A DNA stretch of 43,773 nucleotides. It comes from Pseudomonadota bacterium. Its GTDB lineage: Bacteria > Pseudomonadota > Alphaproteobacteria > Rhodobacterales > Rhodobacteraceae. Positions 38,174 to 43,773 of this stretch are shown in pieces; position 1 is the stretch's first letter, and each line of letters opens with the position of its first letter. The position numbers and the translations under genes were made by a program. Where the stretch lies: contig JBCCCA010000001.1 in assembly GCA_039033735.1 (NCBI GenBank), positions 1 to 43,773 of the forward strand, in the 5' to 3' direction. Under the pieces are notes generated by a model. It did no database searches, was not told the DNA's origin, and saw nothing but the letters and a program-made list of their open reading frames with translations.

Positions 38174-38998
38174 ATGCATGATCGCAAAGACCTGATGAAG
38201 AAATTCCGAGCCATGCGTGATGCGGGTGAGCCGATCATTGGCGGTGGCGCCGGGACGGGCCTGTCTGCCAAATGCGAAGAGGCGGGCGGCATTGATCTTA
38301 TCGTGATCTACAACTCGGGACGCTATCGCATGGCGGGCCGCGGGTCTCTGGCCGGGCTGATGCCGTATGGTGATGCAAATGGCGTCGTGATGGAAATGGC
38401 GGGCGAAGTTCTGCCCGTGGTCGAAAGGACGCCTGTTCTGGCAGGTGTTTGCGCAACTGATCCGTTCCGGCTGATGGACAAGTTCTTAGATCAGATAAAG
38501 GCCACCGGATTCTCGGGTGTGCAGAATTTTCCGACCGTCGGCCTGATCGATGGCAATTTTCGCGCCAATCTTGAAGAGACCGGCATGGGCTATGCCCACG
38601 AGGTCGAAATGATCCGCATGGCTCACGAACGCGATCTGCTCACCACACCATACGTTTTCAGCGAAGACGACGCGCGGGCCATGGCCGGCGCAGGCGCGGA
38701 CATTATCGTGGTGCATCTTGGCCTGACCACAGGCGGGTCGATTGGGGCCGAAACGGGCTGCACGTTGGAACAGGCGCCGGCTTTGACGGATGCGTGGGCC
38801 GGCGCAGCGCTTGAGGTCAATCCGGACGCGATCGTTCTGGTTCACGGAGGGCCCGTCGCCATGCCCGAAGACGCGGAATATGTTCTTAAGAATACCAAAA
38901 ATTGCCATGGGTTTTATGGCGCTTCGTCGATGGAACGACTGCCGACAGAAATCGCACTGCGCGAACAGACGGCACAGTTCAAGAAGATTGGGCGTTAA
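38174..38998 (+). CDS. Phosphoenolpyruvate-hydrolase-like TIM barrel (TIM-barrel signal-transduction family; equivalent to the C-terminal domain of plant Tm-1)
   Basis: [55 protein letters not shown] and [17 protein letters not shown] present. It starts 3 nt after the fusion gene stop. Confidence 0.75.
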   Translation: MHDRKDLMKKFRAMRDAGEPIIGGGAGTGLSAKCEEAGGIDLIVIYNSGRYRMAGRGSLAGLMPYGDANGVVMEMAGEVLPVVERTPVLAGVCATDPFRLMDKFLDQIKATGFSGVQNFPTVGLIDGNFRANLEETGMGYAHEVEMIRMAHERDLLTTPYVFSEDDARAMAGAGADIIVVHLGLTTGGSIGAETGCTLEQAPALTDAWAGAALEVNPDAIVLVHGGPVAMPEDAEYVLKNTKNCHGFYGASSMERLPTEIALREQTAQFKKIGR

Positions 38999-39009
38999 GG
39001 GAGGCATTC

Positions 39010-42000
39010 ATGACTGGTCAAATCATCGGACAACTAATCTTGTGGCTGATCCTCGCAGTCATTGTGATTTTCATCACGTACTGGGTGATGCACTGGCTGT
39101 ATCGCCGTTCGACTAAGGAAGTCGCGTTCGTACGAACCGGTTTCCTTGGGGAACGTGTTGTGATCGACGGCGGTGCTTTCGTGTGGCCCATCATTCATGA
39201 CATCACTCCGGTCAACATGAACTCGCTTGATTTGGCCATCGAGCGGGTCAGGGAGGAGGCGCTGATCACCGCGGACAATCTGCGGGTCGATGTGAATGCA
39301 GAGTTCTATGTCCGCGTCCGCGGCACCAAAGAGGCGGTCAGCCTCGCGGCCTCGTCGATGGGGCGGCGGACTTTGGAACCTGAACGTCTGAACAGTCTTC
39401 TATCGGGTAAATTCATCTCGGCCCTGCGAACGGTTGCGGCCGAGATGACGCTGGAAGAACTGCATACCAAGCGTTCCGAAGTCACGGATCGTGTGCTTCA
39501 GATTGCGCAGGAAGGTCTTGATAAGAACGGGCTGGAACTGGAATCTGTCGCCATTACCGACATCGATCAGACGGACATCCAGTTCTTCAATCCGTCCAAC
39601 CGCTTTGACGCCATCGGCTTGACCTCTGTCATCGAACAGGTCGAGGCACGCCGCAAGATGCGTAACGACATCGAGCAAGACGCGATCATTCAGATCCGCA
39701 CGCGCAACCTCGAAGCCGAAAAGCAAACCCTTGCCATCGAGCGTGCCTCGGAAGAAGCGCGCCTTGAGCAGGAACGCGACGTCGAATTCCGCCGCGCACA
39801 GCAACGTGCTGAACTGGCCCGCGAGCGCTCTGAGCGTGAAAAGGACGGCGAAGAGGCGACGCTGATCAACCGCGAAGCAATTGAAACCGCACGCATTACC
39901 AATGAAGAGCGGATCGCCGAAGCCCGCATTGCCTCGGAACGCAAAATCCGACAGCAGGAAATCGAGCGCCAGCGCGTCATTGATGAAGCTGAAATCTCAA
40001 CGCGGGAAGCGGTGGAGAAAGCCCGCATCGGGCAGGAGAAAAGCCTCGCGGAAACGCGCATCAAGACCGAAAAGGATACGCAATCGGCGGAAATTGCCGC
40101 CAACGAAGCGGTTGAAAAGGCCCGTATCGCTCAGGAAAAGGCGTTGCAAGAGGCGCGGATCGACAAAGATCGCGAGACCCAATCCAAAGAGATCGAACGC
40201 CAACGTATCGTGGACGAGGCCGGCATTTCGGCCAAGGAAGTGATCGAAAAGGCTCGCATCGCCCAAGAACGCGAAGTGACCGAAGCGCGCATCTCACTTG
40301 AGCTGAACACACGCGAACAGGAAATCGCGCGTAACCTGGCTGTGGATCAGGCGACGATAGCAGCGCAGGAAGCGGCCGAAAAGTTGCGTATTGCGCAAGA
40401 ACGCGGCGTCAATGCCGAGCGGATTGCATCGGACAAGGCCACGCGGGAACTTGAGATCGAGCGGCAAAAGGCGCTGGAAGAAGCGCAAATCGCGTCGGAT
40501 CAGGCAACTGAAGCCGCCCGGATTGCGCGCGAAAAGGCACTGTCGGTCGAGCGTATCGCAGCCGAGCAGGACACCCGCGCCCGTGAGATCTTGCGACAGC
40601 GCGAATTGGACGCACAGCAGATCGTTGCGAGCGAGGAGACGTCGAAGGACCGCATTGCGCAGGAACAGAGGGTGCGCGAACTTGAGATAACGCGGAACCA
40701 GGCCGTTGAGGCCGCCGAGATTGCGTCGAAAGAGGCCGTCGAGGCTCAACGGATTGCACAGGAAGCTGCGACTTCCCTGCGTCAGATCGAAAGTAATGAG
40801 AAGACCTCGGCGCGTGACGTAGAACGCGCGGCCGCCGTCGAAGCAGCCGAGATCGCGAAAGCCGAAGCATTGGAAGCGGCCCGCATCGCCAAGGAGAAGA
40901 AGCTGGCCGCCGAACGCATTGCTTATGAGCAGGATATGCGCGAGCGAGAGATTTCCCGAAATCGCGCGATTGATGTGGCCAATGTGAGCGCCAGTGAAGA
41001 GGTTAGTCACGCGCGGATCGAGGAAGAAAAACGCACGCGTGCCCTTGAGATTGCCAAAGAGGCGGAACTGCGGTCGCGCGAGATCGAAAAGCAGGAGGCC
41101 GTCGAGGCCGCCGAGATTTCGTCGCGCCGTCTGGTCGAACAGCAGCGTATCGAAAAGGAGGCGGAAACAACCGCCGAAAAGATTGCCCGCGATCAAAAGA
41201 TCCGCGCTCTCGAAATCGAACGCAACAAGGCCATGGACGCGGCCCAGATCGCAGCGGACGAGGCCGTCGAAGCAGCCCGGGTGTCCAAGGAAAAGGCCGT
41301 CGATGCCGAACGGATCGGCGCCGAGCAGGAACTGGATGCCAGGAAGCTGGAGCGCAAGAAGGTGCTCGAGCAGTTGGAGATCGGCCGTGTTCAGGCTTTG
41401 CGCGAAGCCGAGATCGCCAGTCAGGAAGAGGTCGAGCGCGCCAAGATCGCGTCAGAACGCGGATTGGACGATGCGCGCATCGGTCACCAAACCGAACGTC
41501 GTCGTCTGGAAATCGAGCGCGAAAAGACGGTCGAGCAAGCCGCGATGGACAAGGCCATCGCGCTTTACCAGAAATCGCTTGATGAAAGTGCCGCAGCCGT
41601 CGAGGCCGAAAATGCCAAGGCACGTGCCCTGGAAGCGGCCGAAAAGGCCAAGACGCTGGCCGAAACCGAAAGTGCCAATCGCGCCAAGACGTTGGAAACC
41701 ATTGCTGCGTCAACAGATGCCGAACGGATGCGTCTGATTGCCGAGGGCGACAAGGTGCGCGCGGCTGTCGAAGCGGAAGCGGCGCGGTTGATAAACGAAG
41801 CCGAGAATGTGCTGTCGGATGAAAGCCGTCACAGCCTCTTTAAACGTAAAATGCTGGAGCATGTCGAAGGCATCATCGCCGCTTCTGCCAAGCCGCTGGA
41901 GAATGTAAGCGATATCAAGATTATGCAGCTTGGTGGGGCTGGCACCCAAGGGCTCGACTGGGCCAACGGGGGTGACGGAGGCTCGGGCGGTGGTTCAGGT

Positions 42001-42231
42001 GGCGGCACAAGCCCCACGGACGAAGTCATGAATTCGGCCCTGCGCTATCGCGTCCAGGCTCCGATGGTCGACAGTCTGATGAAGGATATCGGCATAGACG
42101 GGTCCAACGTCGCGAAGTCCGACATCTTTCGCTCGGCCTCGGACATGACGCGCGCCAATTCGGAAATCCAACGCGCGGAAGCCGCCAAGAAGGCAGCAAA
42201 AGCCAAAGACAGCGACAAGGACAAGTCATAA
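39010..42231 (+). CDS. Flotillin-family (SPFH/band-7) membrane scaffold protein, 1073 aa, with a greatly expanded central repeat region
   Basis: An N-terminal TM helix and SPFH domain (EVAFVRTGFLGERVVIDGGAFVWPIIHDI) are followed by the repeat region. The C-terminus is flotillin-like (LFKRKMLEHVEGIIAASAKPLENVSDIKIMQLGG). The ATG at 39010 is preceded by AAGGGAGG; the ORF from 38902 is a 5' artefact overlapping the previous gene. Confidence 0.85.
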   Translation: MTGQIIGQLILWLILAVIVIFITYWVMHWLYRRSTKEVAFVRTGFLGERVVIDGGAFVWPIIHDITPVNMNSLDLAIERVREEALITADNLRVDVNAEFYVRVRGTKEAVSLAASSMGRRTLEPERLNSLLSGKFISALRTVAAEMTLEELHTKRSEVTDRVLQIAQEGLDKNGLELESVAITDIDQTDIQFFNPSNRFDAIGLTSVIEQVEARRKMRNDIEQDAIIQIRTRNLEAEKQTLAIERASEEARLEQERDVEFRRAQQRAELARERSEREKDGEEATLINREAIETARITNEERIAEARIASERKIRQQEIERQRVIDEAEISTREAVEKARIGQEKSLAETRIKTEKDTQSAEIAANEAVEKARIAQEKALQEARIDKDRETQSKEIERQRIVDEAGISAKEVIEKARIAQEREVTEARISLELNTREQEIARNLAVDQATIAAQEAAEKLRIAQERGVNAERIASDKATRELEIERQKALEEAQIASDQATEAARIAREKALSVERIAAEQDTRAREILRQRELDAQQIVASEETSKDRIAQEQRVRELEITRNQAVEAAEIASKEAVEAQRIAQEAATSLRQIESNEKTSARDVERAAAVEAAEIAKAEALEAARIAKEKKLAAERIAYEQDMREREISRNRAIDVANVSASEEVSHARIEEEKRTRALEIAKEAELRSREIEKQEAVEAAEISSRRLVEQQRIEKEAETTAEKIARDQKIRALEIERNKAMDAAQIAADEAVEAARVSKEKAVDAERIGAEQELDARKLERKKVLEQLEIGRVQALREAEIASQEEVERAKIASERGLDDARIGHQTERRRLEIEREKTVEQAAMDKAIALYQKSLDESAAAVEAENAKARALEAAEKAKTLAETESANRAKTLETIAASTDAERMRLIAEGDKVRAAVEAEAARLINEAENVLSDESRHSLFKRKMLEHVEGIIAASAKPLENVSDIKIMQLGGAGTQGLDWANGGDGGSGGGSGGGTSPTDEVMNSALRYRVQAPMVDSLMKDIGIDGSNVAKSDIFRSASDMTRANSEIQRAEAAKKAAKAKDSDKDKS
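39859..41541 (+). repeat. Coding tandem repeat: about 51 consecutive 33-nt (11-residue, hendecad) units, partly organised as 44-aa super-repeats, inside the flotillin gene
   Basis: I parsed 48 units by hand from 39958 to 41541 with no indel (EIERQRVIDEA / EISTREAVEKA / RIGQEKSLAET / RIKTEKDTQSA ...). Position 2 is I, V or L in every unit. Three weaker units precede them. The units are diverged at the DNA level. Confidence 0.85.
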
Positions 42232-42668
42232 TGGCGCGTGTGTTCGTCTCGACGGTGATCAATGCCCCGGCCGATCGCGTGTGGGATCGCATCCGCGATT
42301 TCAACGGGTTGCCCAAATGGCACCCGAGGATCCGCGACAGCCGGATCGAGGACGCACTGCCCGCAGATCAGGTCGGCTGTATTCGCAATTTCAACCTGCA
42401 GAATGGCAACAACATCCGCGAACAGCTTTTGGGGCTAAGCGATTACGACATGTTCACCACCTACGCGATCCTCGACAGTCCGATGCCGGTCGAAGACTAC
42501 ATCGCCACGCTTCGGCTGACGCCTGTCACCGATGGTGCGCGCTGCTTCGCGGAATGGTCGGCGGAGTTCTCGGTCGATCCGGATATCGAATCCGAATGGA
42601 TCGCCAATATTGGCGGTGACGTGTTTCAGGGCGGGTTCGATGCATTGAAGCGGCATTTCGGCGGGTAG
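42231..42668 (+). CDS. SRPBCC/START-fold (polyketide_cyc2-like) protein, copy 1
   Basis: VINAPADRVWDRIRDFNGLPKWHP is typical of the Bet v1-like superfamily. Its ATG shares one nucleotide with the flotillin TAA (TAATG). Confidence 0.75.
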   Translation: MARVFVSTVINAPADRVWDRIRDFNGLPKWHPRIRDSRIEDALPADQVGCIRNFNLQNGNNIREQLLGLSDYDMFTTYAILDSPMPVEDYIATLRLTPVTDGARCFAEWSAEFSVDPDIESEWIANIGGDVFQGGFDALKRHFGG

Positions 42669-42680
42669 GGGCGCAGCGCA

Positions 42681-43127
42681 GTGGTCAAGGTCTATCGCAG
42701 CACCATTCTGGAAGCGCCCATCGAGGTGGTCTGGGACATCTTGCGCGACTTCAACGGGCATGACCGCTGGCACCCGCTGATCGCGCGTTCCGCAGTCGAG
42801 CGTGGGTATCCATCCGATAAAGTGGGCTGCGTGCGCAGTTTCGAGCTGCAGGACGGTTCGAAATTGCGGGAACGTTTGTTGACACTGAGCGATCTGGAAA
42901 CCGCATTCAGCTACTGCCTGCACGACACGCCCTTGCCGCTGTTCAACTATGTGGCCCACGTGCGCCTGACGCCCGTCACGGATCAGAACTGGACGTTCTG
43001 GGAGTGGGAAAGCCGCTTCGACCCGCCGCCCGACCGCCGCGATGAATTGACAGCCTTGGTGGGCGAAAACGTATATCAATCCGGCTTCGATGCGATCCGG
43101 GCGACGCTAGAACTGGAGAGCGAATGA
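42681..43127 (+). CDS. SRPBCC/START-fold protein, copy 2 (tandem paralog)
   Basis: ILEAPIEVVWDILRDFNGHDRWHP. It appears collinear with copy 1 over much of its length. GTG start. Confidence 0.7.
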   Translation: MVKVYRSTILEAPIEVVWDILRDFNGHDRWHPLIARSAVERGYPSDKVGCVRSFELQDGSKLRERLLTLSDLETAFSYCLHDTPLPLFNYVAHVRLTPVTDQNWTFWEWESRFDPPPDRRDELTALVGENVYQSGFDAIRATLELESE

Positions 43128-43773
43128 CCCGTGTTCTGACTGTACCAACGCTGGCCGAAGCCGCGCATGCCGATGGCGCGATCCTTGGCGGTGGCACGCT
43201 TTTGATGCGGCAGGTCAATGACGCGCCGCAAGAGGTGCCCAACCTTGTCCATGTGACCGATCCCGCCTTGCGTGCGGTGTCGTCTGACGCACACCACTGG
43301 CATATCGGCGCAGGTGTCAGCATGGCGCACATCATCGCCAATGCAGACCTTGCGGCCTTGCATCCGGTTGCTCGCTCAATCGGGGGACCCGCCTTGCGCA
43401 ACATGGCAAGTGTGGGGGGCAATCTTTTTGCGCCGCACCCGTATGGGGATTTCACCGTCGCCCTGTTGGCTCTAGGGGCCGATATTGTCTGGTCTGATGG
43501 GCGCACCCAGGACGTCGAGTCCTTTCTGCGCGGACGCGACATGGCGCGTGGGGCCGTGCAAAGCCTGCGTGTTCCAAAGGTCGCGTCTGATAGTTTGAAG
43601 TACCGCAAAGTCAGCCGGACTAAGCCTAAGGGGATTTCGGTGATGTCCGTGGCCGTCGCCCTGGATCAGTCCGGTGGTCAGATCACCTCGGCCCGCGTGG
43701 CCTTTGGGGCCATGGGGCCGACACCGATGCGCGCACCCTCCGCCGAGGCTGCGCTGCGCGGCGCGCGATTGGA
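43124..43773 (+). CDS. N-terminal part of the FAD-binding (CoxM/XdhB-like, FAD_binding_5) subunit of a molybdenum hydroxylase; the 3' end lies outside the window
   Basis: This ORF is not in the supplied track because it runs off the window. My own translation from the ATG at 43124 gives MTRVLTVPTLAEAAHADGAILGGGTLLMRQ...ARSIGGPALRNMASVGGNLF. ATGA overlap with the preceding gene. Confidence 0.7.
   Translation, partial: MTRVLTVPTLAEAAHADGAILGGGTLLMRQVNDAPQEVPNLVHVTDPALRAVSSDAHHWHIGAGVSMAHIIANADLAALHPVARSIGGPALRNMASVGGNLFAPHPYGDFTVALLALGADIVWSDGRTQDVESFLRGRDMARGAVQSLRVPKVASDSLKYRKVSRTKPKGISVMSVAVALDQSGGQITSARVAFGAMGPTPMRAPSAEAALRGARL

Noticed and set aside
36958-38179. 234-aa and 290-aa ORFs antisense to the UPF0261 domain region
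   Set aside because: These are shadow ORFs. The sense frame carries many family-specific motifs over its whole length.
39859-41541. Whether the flotillin repeat block is a DNA-level tandem duplication, mobile repeat or assembly artefact
   Set aside because: The 33-nt units are well diverged at the nucleotide level. I saw no long identical stretches and the frame is preserved throughout. This looks like an old, selected protein repeat rather than recent slippage or misassembly, though read-level confirmation would still be sensible.
40294-41737. Several long ORFs within the flotillin repeat region: 40294-41196 (-), 41003-41713 (-), 40994-41737 (+), 40409-40870 (-)
   Set aside because: They are artefacts of stop-poor repetitive GA/GC-rich codons. 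The translations are low-complexity (R/P/S/L-rich). Only the flotillin frame has a periodic, amphipathic, family-consistent sequence.
42435-43608. 214-aa and 210-aa minus-strand ORFs over the SRPBCC and CoxM-like genes
   Set aside because: They have no motifs and biased composition, while the sense-strand genes have clear family signatures and coupled junctions.
1-43773. Scan for CRISPR arrays, IS elements/transposases, integrases, tRNA/rRNA genes, toxin-antitoxin pairs and known defence-system genes
   Set aside because: I recognised none: no direct-repeat/spacer arrays, no DDE or tyrosine-recombinase-like ORFs and no cloverleaf-like sequences. The window reads as metabolic, transport and envelope genes rather than a mobile or defence island.

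Overview
GC-rich, densely coding bacterial segment. Protein content and codon style look alphaproteobacterial, Rhodobacteraceae/roseobacter-like. I call about 41 protein genes and saw no rRNA, tRNA, CRISPR array, transposase or integrase. Gene order: (1) the end of a Liv-type ABC importer (permease tail, two ATPases). (2) On the minus strand, a DUF1989+GcvT fusion with the architecture of TMAO demethylase (Tdm), followed by a ProVWX/TmoVWX-type betaine-family ABC transporter whose permease has a ~370-aa N-terminal extension. This operon diverges from a LacI-family regulator across an intergenic region carrying a perfect 14-bp palindrome and a related second site. (3) YHS-domain protein, Tat-rhodanese, PHB-depolymerase-family esterase and a small membrane protein. 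(4) Osmoregulated periplasmic glucan cluster (TTC38-like TPR gene, opgC, opgG/D, opgH). (5) A three-gene operon of unknown role: BtpA-like TIM barrel, APRT-like phosphoribosyltransferase, ThDP enzyme. (6) A PotABCD-type importer fused into an operon with a PuuE-like deacetylase-fold hydrolase, an FCY1-type cytosine/creatinine deaminase and a stand-alone DUF1989 protein, with a LysR regulator next to it. (7) A ~15.5-kb co-directional gene string: Liv-type binding protein, degenerate Fe-ADH-fold protein, aldehyde dehydrogenase, AraC regulator, LivH, LivM, LivG, a LivF ATPase fused to a UPF0261/Tm-1-like domain, a PEP-hydrolase-like TIM barrel, a 1073-aa flotillin, two tandem SRPBCC/START-fold proteins, and the start of a CoxM-like FAD subunit. 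The flotillin holds about 50 in-register 11-residue repeats. Most noteworthy are the repeat-expanded flotillin and its translational coupling to the START-fold proteins, the LivF-UPF0261 fusion, and the deaminase/deacetylase/DUF1989 transport operon. All functional calls come from reading translated motifs by eye; no database search was possible.
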